From positions 27,702 through 91,701 of the forward strand of contig CAMDBH010000003.1 in the NCBI GenBank assembly GCA_945889325.1: DNA of 64,000 nt. The letters are read 5' to 3'. This stretch comes from Klebsiella pneumoniae. GTDB taxonomy: Bacteria > Myxococcota_A > UBA9042. Each line of letters begins with the position of its first letter. Positions within the stretch are counted from its first letter, which is position 1. Under the pieces are notes generated by a model. That model worked only from the letters and a program-made list of their open reading frames with translations, had not been told where the DNA came from and searched no databases. This document shows positions 43,410-52,783 of the stretch, piece by piece. The translations under genes and the position numbers were made by a program.

Positions 43410-46400
43410 TCAATCCCCCAACTTTTCCACCGGCGGCGGCACGGGCGGCCTCGGCGGTGGTGGCGGCGGCGGGCCCATCGCCGGTTCAACAAACGGCGCC
43501 ACCGAACTTGGCGCCACAATCGGCATGTGCCGCAGCGGTTTGGGCGGCGCCTTGAGCCACAACGGACCACTGCTAAACGCCTTCCACGCCCACGGCAGCC
43601 ACTTAAGCAGCGCCACCACCAGCCACAGCGCCCATGCCAGCATCGCGTAACGCCACACATTCAATGACACTGAAATCACGCTGCTTTCAGGCAACGCGGC
43701 CGGACTGCGCCCCACGTACCAATGCAGCACCTGTTGCGTCGAACCCGCACCACTGACTTGCATGTCGATGTGGGCCAACAGGTTTTCCTGAATCGCGGCG
43801 TACAAGGCAATCAGGAAGGCCAAGGTCAGGCCGCCAAAGCACAACTGCATGAAATTGTGTTGCATCGCGGGAAAGAAGTCGCCGCCGTCGCCGTACTTGC
43901 GCCGCCAACCGAGCGCTACAAACCACGTCATTATCACCCCAGCGGCGAACACCGGCAAATTGGCCACGCCCAGGCTCAGCAACAGCCAACCACCTGTGTG
44001 CAAAGGCAAATGCTTCATGCGCCCTAGCAACACGGCACCGAGCAGCAAAAGCGCCAAATGGCTCCAGAACAGGATCGCCGGCCCCCACGGCGGACCTTGA
44101 GCCCACAAAAGCCAGCGATCTTCACCCAAATCCAACGTGATTTGCACGTTCGCTGCCGGACTGCCGAGATCGAGAGGCGGCACGCTTTCATGCACGCCGC
44201 GTTGCGATTCTTGCTGCCAAAGCACGACGATTTCTTGGGCACCGGGCTCCAAAGGCAATTGCAAAATACGCCCTTGGGGCCGAATGGTCCGCGCTTGCCC
44301 ATTGAGGGTCACCGATTGCACGCGCGCGCCCTCGGGCAGCGTCAGCTTCTGCCAACCGCCCTGGGAAGTGCGCAGCGACAAGGTCAGCGTCGCCTGCAAA
44401 AGCCGTTGCCCCGCGGTGACTTTGTAGTCGGCCCTGTCGATCGTAACGGCCTGCCCTTGGGCGCCCTTGGGCTTGACCACAGAAATTTCAAGTGTTTCGC
44501 CTGGCCACGGTTGCCACTGCGGCTGCAACTGCTGCGTTTGCGGGTCGCGGGTGTGGACCGGCTGCAGGCCTTTGAAATCACAGCGCCAAATCGCGCTGCA
44601 CGCCAGCGACCACACTTCTGTCCATGGCATCACCTGCGGGGACGCCGGGGCCTTCAGCGTGAGGTTAGCCGCAATCGGCAGTTCACTGTCGTACTCCAAT
44701 GACGCGACATCACGGGCAAATTGCAAAACGACATAGCGCAGCTTGCTGTCCGCACCTTCGCCATTTTCGACCTTGACGCCCGGTGTGATGACGGCTTCAC
44801 CTGAAAGCAACGGCAATTTCAGCAGATGGGGCCGCGACGCGCCTTCACGCGTGACCACAGTATGGACCTGCCACGGCATGCCCAGTTGCAGGTTGCGTGA
44901 GACGCTGAACCACGGCGGCAATTCACTATTTGTTTCCGCGTCTTGTTCGCCCGACGTCGCTGGTTGCGCCAGATCGGCGGGTTTGCTGTTGCGGGTAAGC
45001 TGCAAGGAATCGCGCACTTGGCCGTTGTCCTGCAGGCCGTCGATCTGCCATTCGGTGGCGCTAAACTTGACCTGTTTGGGCAATCCCAGCGGATCGAGTT
45101 GCAAAGTCAGCACATTGCGCCGCGGCAACAGACCCTTGATCACCACGTTGTGCGGCCCAACCGGCACGCGCACGGCCACAAGGCCGTTGGCCAATCGGCG
45201 CAATTGCTGTGTCGGCTGACCATCGATGAGCACCTGCCGGATTTGCAACGGATCATAAGGCCCAGGAATCGCCCACGAACCATCGCGCTGCGCCGAAATA
45301 TCCGCCGTCAACACAATGTCCTGTCCGCGCACGTCAATGGTCAGCAGATTGGCAACTACGCACGAACCCTCGCAATTTTGCGCGTCCGTCAGGCGTTTTT
45401 CCAACGTTTGCAGCATTTCCGCACTCGGTGCCCAGTCAACGGCGTGGGCTTGTGGCATAAATACCAGCAACAACAACGCACTTACCGCGACTGGCGGCCC
45501 CACAATCCGCCTGAACCACGTGCGCAAAAGCTGCCAATCGAGCAAACGCAGCCCCAAGACCACGGCAAGCAACACGCGCAACACCGCTAGAAGCAAATTG
45601 ATTTTCGGTGACAGCAGCCACAAGCTGATCTTGTGATCCTTGCCCACCGGTCCTGTCCAATTGAGTTGCAGGTCGGTCCATGTCCAACTCGGCACGCCTG
45701 GCCCCGTTTGCACCACGGCGGCTGGGTCGATTTGCTTGAGATTTCGCGCGCTGCTCCAATACTCGCCGCCGCCGCGCTGCGATTGGGCCATCTCACCTTT
45801 GCCACCGGACGGGCTCGGGGCCAAATCTGCCTTTTTTAACGCGGCTTTTTCTGACGGCGCATCCACGGCTGCTGCCACGGGCGGTGCGGCTGGTGCCTTT
45901 TCCTTGTCCTCCATTTGCAGGTCTGCGTTGGCGGTCCTGGTGTCGACCGCGGCGGCGCGCGTGGCATAACCTATTGAAAGCGGAGCTTTACCGCCCTGGG
46001 CAACTTGTGGATAGATGCCGTGGCGGATCTGATCGCGGGCAAACGGCAGCAAGGCGCTGACCAGCAGCACCATGGCAAGTACATGATACAACGCGACAAC
46101 GCGGCGAAACCAACTGGGCGGCAAAGCGCGCACCAAGGCCAGAGCGGCTAATGCATTGATCCACAACATTTGCGGCGCATCTTCCTCGCCGTGGCACAGC
46201 GCCAAACCGAACATCGCCACAATCGCCCAGCGCCAACCCAACAACTTACCCGCGCCCAAAGCCAGCATCAGCACAAAGAAAAAATCAAAAAGTGTCCATG
46301 AATCCAGCCAAGTCTGCGGCATTTCATCCACACCGCTGCCGCCCAGCAAACGCCAGCCCGGCGGCAAATGCAGCGTGGCGCTGAGCTTTTGCACGTCAAA

Positions 46401-47714
46401 ATCCCAGCCGACGATGGGCCAATCGCTTGAAACGCCGTTCACTTTGCTGTCGGCTTCCAGGTTGACCTTGCCGTCGCGCAATTCAACGCCGTTCTTGCCG
46501 GTGACGGCGTCTTTGGTAATCAACAATGAAGTTGCACCTTTGGGGCCGCCTACGCGACCGAGATCGCTGCCGTCACCGGCGTTGAGGCGCCAGTCCTTGT
46601 GCATCTCGCCTTCGATGCAGTCGCGGGCAATCCAACTGCTGCCTGCTTCATCCAGCCACAATTCGCGTTTGATCATCAGGTGATTGGGCGGCGGCTCGCT
46701 CTCACCGCGCCGCGTTTGTTGCAACAGCAATTTCTGGCCAGCCGTGCCGACGTAGGTGCGTCCGGCCTTTTTCCAGTCGGGATCCAACTGCGTGCGTTCG
46801 GGATCAATGGATTGCAACCCGGTAAGTTCAATAGATCTCAGGGCTTCATTGGGCAGCCACAGCCAAACTTCCTGCTTCTCAAAGAATTCACCCTGCAACT
46901 GCGGCAACGGCAGTTCTAGCAGAGGCAGCGGCAAAACGGCATCAATATCAATAATGTGCTGCCCCGGTGTCCCGTGCACCCGCACCGCGCCGTCGCTGCC
47001 AACCTGCGTGGCCACCCCAGAGCGCAGCGCCGTCGGGCGCGAACCCGCCAACAGCACGGGACCTACCAGCAATTCGCGCGCTCGGCCTGCAACCCGCAGC
47101 GTCAGTCGCGTGGTCACTTTCAGTGGCACGCCATCGACGAGTTTGCGCGCAACGGTCACGGTCAAAGTATCGATTTCAGCAGTATTTTTGCCGCCGTCCT
47201 GCTGCAAAAACAGCCGACCTTGCTCATCGCGGCGCGGCCATTCAACTTTGGTGTCGCCCAAGGCCAACTCAACAAGGCCGATGGCATCGGGAACAGCCAG
47301 CAATTCCGGCGGATGCGCCCATTGCCAATTGCCCGTCACTTTGTGGTGGCCTTTGGCCAAGTCCAGATGCGGCAGGTCATTTTCTAGCTGAATCACAGCA
47401 GGTTGCGCGTCCACCGCCACATGCTGCGGCCAAGTAGTCGCGTCGCCCGGCAGCGCGACCGTCGTGCGGGCGTCCAGCCAGACGTCCAATTCAAATTTGC
47501 CATTGTCTGCACCGATTTGCACGCTGAGGCGGCCGGGCCAATCGCATTTGCGTTCGCTGCCCACTTGCGCACACAGCAAATCGCGATGGGTTTCAAGGAC
47601 CCAAGCCGTCCACGGCAGCAGGACATCGGGAATTTGCGGTTGCGGCGGCAGCGCTTGCGCGGGCACGCTGAGGGCAAGCACAAAGATGGCTACAAGTGTC
47701 CGAATAGGCTGCAT
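43410..47714 (-). CDS. 1434-aa polytopic membrane protein of unknown function (two large extracytoplasmic regions, three TM clusters, Pro-rich C-terminal tail)
   Basis: ATG at 47714 with GGAGA RBS. Signal peptide MQPIRTLVAIFVLALSVPAQA. TM clusters include FDFFFVLMLALGAGKLLGWRWAIVAMFGLAL, LLAVLRVLLAVVLGLRLL and ILFWSHLALLLLGAVLLG...WALWLVVALL. Tail: GPPPPPPPRPPVPPPVEKLGD. Confidence 0.75.
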   Translation of the reverse strand: MQPIRTLVAIFVLALSVPAQALPPQPQIPDVLLPWTAWVLETHRDLLCAQVGSERKCDWPGRLSVQIGADNGKFELDVWLDARTTVALPGDATTWPQHVAVDAQPAVIQLENDLPHLDLAKGHHKVTGNWQWAHPPELLAVPDAIGLVELALGDTKVEWPRRDEQGRLFLQQDGGKNTAEIDTLTVTVARKLVDGVPLKVTTRLTLRVAGRARELLVGPVLLAGSRPTALRSGVATQVGSDGAVRVHGTPGQHIIDIDAVLPLPLLELPLPQLQGEFFEKQEVWLWLPNEALRSIELTGLQSIDPERTQLDPDWKKAGRTYVGTAGQKLLLQQTRRGESEPPPNHLMIKRELWLDEAGSSWIARDCIEGEMHKDWRLNAGDGSDLGRVGGPKGATSLLITKDAVTGKNGVELRDGKVNLEADSKVNGVSSDWPIVGWDFDVQKLSATLHLPPGWRLLGGSGVDEMPQTWLDSWTLFDFFFVLMLALGAGKLLGWRWAIVAMFGLALCHGEEDAPQMLWINALAALALVRALPPSWFRRVVALYHVLAMVLLVSALLPFARDQIRHGIYPQVAQGGKAPLSIGYATRAAAVDTRTANADLQMEDKEKAPAAPPVAAAVDAPSEKAALKKADLAPSPSGGKGEMAQSQRGGGEYWSSARNLKQIDPAAVVQTGPGVPSWTWTDLQLNWTGPVGKDHKISLWLLSPKINLLLAVLRVLLAVVLGLRLLDWQLLRTWFRRIVGPPVAVSALLLLVFMPQAHAVDWAPSAEMLQTLEKRLTDAQNCEGSCVVANLLTIDVRGQDIVLTADISAQRDGSWAIPGPYDPLQIRQVLIDGQPTQQLRRLANGLVAVRVPVGPHNVVIKGLLPRRNVLTLQLDPLGLPKQVKFSATEWQIDGLQDNGQVRDSLQLTRNSKPADLAQPATSGEQDAETNSELPPWFSVSRNLQLGMPWQVHTVVTREGASRPHLLKLPLLSGEAVITPGVKVENGEGADSKLRYVVLQFARDVASLEYDSELPIAANLTLKAPASPQVMPWTEVWSLACSAIWRCDFKGLQPVHTRDPQTQQLQPQWQPWPGETLEISVVKPKGAQGQAVTIDRADYKVTAGQRLLQATLTLSLRTSQGGWQKLTLPEGARVQSVTLNGQARTIRPQGRILQLPLEPGAQEIVVLWQQESQRGVHESVPPLDLGSPAANVQITLDLGEDRWLLWAQGPPWGPAILFWSHLALLLLGAVLLGRMKHLPLHTGGWLLLSLGVANLPVFAAGVIMTWFVALGWRRKYGDGGDFFPAMQHNFMQLCFGGLTLAFLIALYAAIQENLLAHIDMQVSGAGSTQQVLHWYVGRSPAALPESSVISVSLNVWRYAMLAWALWLVVALLKWLPWAWKAFSSGPLWLKAPPKPLRHMPIVAPSSVAPFVEPAMGPPPPPPPRPPVPPPVEKLGD

Positions 47715-47791
47715 GTTCTTCTCCTGACGCCTCAGGCGCACAGCGCAAACTACGTTTTTGAACGTTTTCGCGCAAGCGCCGCGCGCGGGTT

Positions 47792-47808
47792 GGCGCAAAG
47801 TTTGCGCC
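47792..47808. promoter_or_regulatory. Perfect 8-1-8 palindrome in a divergent promoter region (candidate operator)
   Basis: GGCGCAAA-G-TTTGCGCC lies between the divergent starts at 47714 (-) and 47943 (+). Confidence 0.3.
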
Positions 47809-47942
47809 CGCAGCGTAACCCGTTGCGGCAATTGCAGCAAATCTCGCGCTATTGCAAGCAGATCGCGGGCAGACTACAACACAGCTTGCCGACCGCCTTT
47901 GCGGCCTGCTGCCGCGCTTTTTGGCGCGTGGAGAACCGATCG

Positions 47943-49520
47943 ATGGCCCAAGTTTACAATGATATGGAAGATTTCGAAACCCTTTTGCAAGAGCAAGGCG
48001 ACAAAAAACGCCGCTATGTGCACCCGGGCGAACGCATCCGCGGCAAGGTGGTTTTTGTCGGCGAAAAACATGCCACGGTGGATTTGGGCGATGGCTTGGA
48101 CGGTTTGCTCGATTTGGCGGGCACTCAGGGCAAAGACGGCAAAACGACTGTAAAAGTCGGCGATAACGTCGAGTCGTTTGTCCTGCGCATGCGCGATCGG
48201 GTCGTCGAATTGGCCAAAAGCATCGGCAAAGGCATGGCCAATGCCGCCGTTTTGCAAGAAGCAGCCGCGTCCGGCGTGCCAGTCGATGGCATCATAACTG
48301 GCGTAAACAAAGGCGGTTATGAGGTCGATGTCTCCGGCACCCGCGGTTTTTGTCCGCTGGGGCAAATGGACCTGCGGCGCATCGAAGATCCGGCGACTTT
48401 GATCAACCAAAGTTTCAAATTTCGCGTCACGGAATTTCGCGAAGGCCGCGATTGCGTGCTGTCGCGCCGCGCGCTGCTTGAAGCCGATGTGCAGGCAAAG
48501 GCTAGTGAAACGCGGAAGTTGGTCGTCGTCGGTGCGCATTTGCAGGGCACTGTGAGCCACGTGCGCGATTTTGGCTGCTTTGTCGATTTGGGCGGCATGG
48601 AAGGCATGGTCCCGGCGAGTGAAATGGCCTATGGTCGCAATAAGCCACAGGATCTGGTGCAACCGGGCCAAACGGTGACGGTTGAAGTGCTGCGGATTGA
48701 ACCGGGCATCGACAACAAAAATCGGCCGATTGAAAAAATTCTGCTGTCTATGCGCGCTCTTTCGCAGGATCCGTTTGAAGCGCTGGCGCCCGCCTTGCAG
48801 CCTGGCGTGCTTGTGCGCGGGCATGTCACGCGTGTGGAGGCGTTCGGCGCTTTTGTCGAATTGATCGCCGGCGTGGAAGGGTTGATTCACATTAGCGCTT
48901 TTGGCAAACGCATCGGTCGACCGTCCGATGTCGTGCAACCGGGCCAAGTCGTCGTTGTGCGCGTCGATGGCGTAGATTTGGCCCAGCGCCGCATTGGCCT
49001 TGGTTATGTCGATGCCGCAGAGGTTGAAAACGTTCGCGATCCAGCGGCGGCGCTGCCGACTTCGACCACCAACGCTGAATTTGTCGGCGTGGCCAAAACC
49101 ATTGAGCCTGTCGTGCGCGAGCGCATGGCCGCGGCGGAACCCGTGGAGCGACAGCGCGCAGCGCCGCCACCGCCGCCCATCATCGGCGCGATGTTCGACG
49201 TGACCGTGGATAAAATCGAGCAATTTGGCGTCTTTGTCCACTGGGATACCGGCCGCGGTTTGGTGCCGAACGGCGATTTGGGCCTGCCTTTTGGCGCGGA
49301 TGCGCGGCGTTTGCAGCCCATTGGCAGTTCCTTTCGCGCGGTTGTGCTTGAAGTGCGCCCAGACGGCAAAGTGCGCCTCTCAAAAACGGCGGCGGCAGCG
49401 GCTGATGAGCGTTCGCAAGCCGATTCTTGGCTGCAAGCGCAGCACAGCGGCAAAGCGGCGGCCGGCGTGGGTTCGTTTGGCGCGTTGCTGATGCAACAAC
49501 TGCAAAATAACAAGAAGTAA
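47943..49520 (+). CDS. S1 RNA-binding domain protein (five S1 motifs)
   Basis: In-frame ATG at 47943 gives MAQVYNDMEDFETLLQEQ. S1 cores: IRGKVVFVGEKHATVDLG, IITGVNKGGYEVDV, LQGTVSHVRDFGCFVDLGG, VRGHVTRVEAFGAFVEL and FDVTVDKIEQFGVFVHW. Confidence 0.8.
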   Translation: MAQVYNDMEDFETLLQEQGDKKRRYVHPGERIRGKVVFVGEKHATVDLGDGLDGLLDLAGTQGKDGKTTVKVGDNVESFVLRMRDRVVELAKSIGKGMANAAVLQEAAASGVPVDGIITGVNKGGYEVDVSGTRGFCPLGQMDLRRIEDPATLINQSFKFRVTEFREGRDCVLSRRALLEADVQAKASETRKLVVVGAHLQGTVSHVRDFGCFVDLGGMEGMVPASEMAYGRNKPQDLVQPGQTVTVEVLRIEPGIDNKNRPIEKILLSMRALSQDPFEALAPALQPGVLVRGHVTRVEAFGAFVELIAGVEGLIHISAFGKRIGRPSDVVQPGQVVVVRVDGVDLAQRRIGLGYVDAAEVENVRDPAAALPTSTTNAEFVGVAKTIEPVVRERMAAAEPVERQRAAPPPPPIIGAMFDVTVDKIEQFGVFVHWDTGRGLVPNGDLGLPFGADARRLQPIGSSFRAVVLEVRPDGKVRLSKTAAAAADERSQADSWLQAQHSGKAAAGVGSFGALLMQQLQNNKK

Positions 49521-49524
49521 TGCC

Positions 49525-51867
49525 ATGAGCGGGCTTGTCGGCAGTTGGAGCGAGGAGCAGCAGCAGGTTTGCCGCCATCTGCCGCATCCCATCGCGGCGG
49601 CTTGGCACGATTTTCTGCTGGCGCGCGGGCATGGGCAGTTGGAGCAAAAGCTGCATGGTGTCATTGAGGTGCTCGCCCGCACTTTGGGTTCGCTCATCCT
49701 CGTCGATTATTTGCGCGGACCGGTCGACGACGTCATGGAAGATCTGCTGCAAGGGCTGGAAAGGCCGCAGCCCGAAGAATGGCTGAAGATCATCGAACAA
49801 GGTCTCAAGGCCCTACAGAAACGCGCGGAACCTAAGGTATTTATGCCGGAAGCCCTGCGCTGGGGCCTCAATGCGCGCGGCGAAGTGCACGACGGGTTGG
49901 CGCGTTTGACCCAAGCCGTTCAGGTGCGAGCAGAACTTTTGCGCAGCACGGATGCCCACGTAAGCTATGATTTCTCCGCTAAAGTTGAAGAAGCGTGCGT
50001 TGAAATGTTGGCCGTGCTCACATCGCTTGCGTGGCTTGGGCTGTACCGCTTGACCTACGTGACGCAACTCACAACGCTTCGACATGAGGGTTTTAGCGGA
50101 TTGCTGCAATTCTACGTGGGTGGCAACGACACGCCCGAAGAAGTGGAAGCGCACTGGACTGCCCACCTTTTGTCCGATGTGGTCTATCTGATGAACGCGT
50201 CTGCGACAGAAGTGCTTGAAATTTCACCGTTTATTCGCATTCTCCACCACCCGCGATCGCGCAAATCATTGTGTTTCTTGTTTGAGTCATCGCGCAGCCT
50301 CGGCCGCTTGACGCTAAGTTGCGACGCGCAAAGGGTGACTGTAGAGACGGCGATTGCGGGCCCTGACGGCGAAATGGGCTTGGCCGACTGGCTGCGCGTG
50401 CGCGCCGAGCACGGGGCTTGGCTGGCCAACCGCGATCTGCTGGGCAATCTGGTCACGGATGCGGCGGCGTCGCAATTTCAGAGCCCGCGCGTGCAGCCCG
50501 TGGCGCGACCGATTCCGGATTTGTCGGCAGCAGCCTTTCGCCCCATGAGTCAGCGGCATCCTTCAACAATGGCGACTGCGCTCGACAAAAGGCGGGCGCG
50601 CCTGACTTTGGCGGCCCAATTGGTGGTTTTGGCCGCCGTGGTGGCGGGCTCCATCGCGCTGGTTGGCCCGCGGTTGCGCAGCAGACCGATAGAAGTATTG
50701 GATGATCAAGCCGTGGCCCTCGCCAGCAAAATGGCACCCGTGCAAGATAAACTGGCACCGGATGTCCAAACGCCGGCGCTGGAAGTGGCCAAGGCCCAAC
50801 CAAGTCCGCTGGGTGCCGACAACAGTCCGTCGGCTATCGCCGCAGTGGCCGTAGAACCTGCCGCGACGGCACCGAGCGAAACCGCGGTCCCGCTGACGGC
50901 AAAGGCGCAGCAGCAAGCGAAACGCGACCAAGCCGCAGCGGATGCCGCTGCGGCCAAGGCCGCACAAGCCGCCGAAAAGCAAGCTGAGCAGCTAGCGGCC
51001 AAACAGAAAAAGCAGGCTGAAGCCGACGCAGCAAAGGCCATGCAGGCGGCAAAACTAGCAGCCGCGCAACAGAAAAAGCAGGCCGCAGCAGACGCGGCCA
51101 AAGCTGTCGGGGAAGCGAGATTGGCCGCCACTTTGCAGAAAAAGCAAGCCGCAGCCGACGCTGCAAAAGCGCTGCAGGATGCGCGATTGGCGGCAGCGCA
51201 ACAAAAAAAGCAGGCCGCAGCCGACGCGGCCAAAGCGGTGCTGGCAGCGCGCCTCCAAGCAGCCGAGCAGAAAAAAGCGGCTGTGGCAGCAAGCCAACCT
51301 CCCCCGTCGGCCAAAGGGGCCGTCGCGGCAGCAGCCGGTGCAGGTGGTTATGTGGAAAAAGGCCGAGCGGATGCGAAAATTCGGCCCACTTTTGCGCAAT
51401 TGGAGTTTGAACAAGCCCTAGAAGCAGGGGATGCGCAGGCACATCTCGAGTTGGCCAAGCTCCATCAAGCCACGGGTAAACCCGCAAAATGCAAACAGCA
51501 CGCGTTGTTGGCGGCCAATATCCCTTTGGCGACTGCCTGCGGCGCAAAAAACGGCGAAGTGGCCCAGCCCGACACCGATCGCAGCACGCCTGCGGCGAAA
51601 TCAGCGTTGACGCAGCGGATTTTCAATGAGGCCGCGGCGATCATCTATGGCCCCCGCCACACGGCAGCGGAAAAGCGTCGCATGGCCAAGACGCTGTATT
51701 TGCAGGCGGGGACGCGCGGCCTTGCCAAGGCTTGGCTGGGGTTGGCGCGGGTCCACGCTTTTGGCGACACGGACCGCGCGGCGTGTCGGCGCGATCTGGA
51801 GCAATACGCTGCGGCAGGTGGAAAAGACCCCGCTGCCGCGGCTTTGACGGCGAAATGTGCACAATAA
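49525..51867 (+). CDS. Hypothetical protein with unknown about 330-aa N-terminal domain, single TM, A/K/Q-rich 20-aa repeats and Sel1/TPR-like C-terminus
   Basis: It starts 4 nt after the S1 gene stop. TM: LTLAAQLVVLAAVVAGSIALVG. Repeats: LAAAQQKKQAAADAAKAxxxAR. C-terminus: GDAQAHLELAKLH... and LAKAWLGLARVHAFG. Confidence 0.7.
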   Translation: MSGLVGSWSEEQQQVCRHLPHPIAAAWHDFLLARGHGQLEQKLHGVIEVLARTLGSLILVDYLRGPVDDVMEDLLQGLERPQPEEWLKIIEQGLKALQKRAEPKVFMPEALRWGLNARGEVHDGLARLTQAVQVRAELLRSTDAHVSYDFSAKVEEACVEMLAVLTSLAWLGLYRLTYVTQLTTLRHEGFSGLLQFYVGGNDTPEEVEAHWTAHLLSDVVYLMNASATEVLEISPFIRILHHPRSRKSLCFLFESSRSLGRLTLSCDAQRVTVETAIAGPDGEMGLADWLRVRAEHGAWLANRDLLGNLVTDAAASQFQSPRVQPVARPIPDLSAAAFRPMSQRHPSTMATALDKRRARLTLAAQLVVLAAVVAGSIALVGPRLRSRPIEVLDDQAVALASKMAPVQDKLAPDVQTPALEVAKAQPSPLGADNSPSAIAAVAVEPAATAPSETAVPLTAKAQQQAKRDQAAADAAAAKAAQAAEKQAEQLAAKQKKQAEADAAKAMQAAKLAAAQQKKQAAADAAKAVGEARLAATLQKKQAAADAAKALQDARLAAAQQKKQAAADAAKAVLAARLQAAEQKKAAVAASQPPPSAKGAVAAAAGAGGYVEKGRADAKIRPTFAQLEFEQALEAGDAQAHLELAKLHQATGKPAKCKQHALLAANIPLATACGAKNGEVAQPDTDRSTPAAKSALTQRIFNEAAAIIYGPRHTAAEKRRMAKTLYLQAGTRGLAKAWLGLARVHAFGDTDRAACRRDLEQYAAAGGKDPAAAALTAKCAQ
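50992..51285 (+). repeat. About five 60-bp tandem units encoding the (L)AA(A)QQKKQAAADAAKAxxxAR repeat
   Basis: CAGAAAAAGCAGGCCGCAGC(A/C)GACGCGGCCAAAGC recurs at about 51009, 51070, 51136 and 51202 with a 60-66 bp spacing. Confidence 0.7.
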
Positions 51868-51877
51868 AGGAGCGAAG

Positions 51878-52120
51878 ATGAGTGAATTGGCGGTAAATCC
51901 GGCGGCGAAAAAGGGCATCCTCAAGCAACTGGCCAAAAATGGCGGCGCAGTGCATATCAAGGATCTGCATGAATTTAGTACGTTGCGCTTTGCTACTGGG
52001 CATCAGGCGTTTTCGCAACTGATGGAAGGGCTGGTGGCCGAAGAGTTGGTGATGTACGACGGCGCGGTTTTTCACCTGACCGATGCGGGCACGGCAGCGA
52101 CCAAGAACATGTTGTTGTAG
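51878..52120 (+). CDS. Small hypothetical protein (about 80 aa, possible winged-helix fold)
   Basis: ATG at 51878 after AAAGGAG. MSELAVNPAAKKGILKQLAKNGGAVHIKDLHEF... Confidence 0.55.
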   Translation: MSELAVNPAAKKGILKQLAKNGGAVHIKDLHEFSTLRFATGHQAFSQLMEGLVAEELVMYDGAVFHLTDAGTAATKNMLL

Positions 52121-52247
52121 ACCCGATTTCCTTTTGGGGAATAGCGCAATGCGGCCAAAGGTTTGACGCATGTTGGCGCTGCGACTACGCTGGCGTGGCG
52201 CAATTTCGTGCGCGCCGGGCGCAGACTACGAGCGAGGTTAGGCAGAA

Positions 52248-52745
52248 ATGGGTACAAAGTCAGGCAAGTGCGTGTGGCAGGTTTTGGCGTTCTCGGTGGC
52301 GGTTTTTTCACTGTCGGCCTGCGGCCCGGGCTACTTGGACGTCGACAAGCACGTGGCGGCAACCGAAGAAAACAAAGTGGTATTTGATGTGCTGCGCGCC
52401 TACCACAAAGCGGTGGAGGACAAGGATCTGGATGGGCTCAAGGCGCTGATTTCGCCTAAGTACCATGAAAATGGCGGCACGACGGATGATGCGGCGGATG
52501 ATTACGGTTTTGACAAGTTGAGCGCGCGCTTGCCGATGTTGCGCGACAACGTCAAGAAGTTGCATTTGCGCATCAAGTTGTTGGATATTGAGGTCAAGGG
52601 CGCACAAGCCACAATCGACTATGAATTTGAAGGGCGGGTGCTGTTAACCGAAGGCGGCATAGAGACTTACAAAACCTACAACAACCGCAACCGCATGAAA
52701 TTGGCCAACGAGGATGGGCATTGGCTTATCACCGGCGGTTTGTGA
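52248..52745 (+). CDS. NTF2/SnoaL-like lipoprotein
   Basis: Lipobox VFSLSACG. VFDVLRAYHKAVEDKDLDGLKALISPKYHENGG and the terminal ...EDGHWLITGG are typical of the DUF4440/SnoaL fold. Confidence 0.6.
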   Translation: MGTKSGKCVWQVLAFSVAVFSLSACGPGYLDVDKHVAATEENKVVFDVLRAYHKAVEDKDLDGLKALISPKYHENGGTTDDAADDYGFDKLSARLPMLRDNVKKLHLRIKLLDIEVKGAQATIDYEFEGRVLLTEGGIETYKTYNNRNRMKLANEDGHWLITGGL

Positions 52746-52783
52746 CGTTGCTGATTGGCCTGAAATCTGTTGGAATTTGCACA

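Noticed and set aside
47874-49241. 455-aa minus-strand ORF, and the 47403 upstream extension of the S1 ORF.
   Set aside because: It is antisense to, or an upstream read-through of, the S1-domain gene. The five clear S1 motifs are in the + frame starting at ATG 47943.
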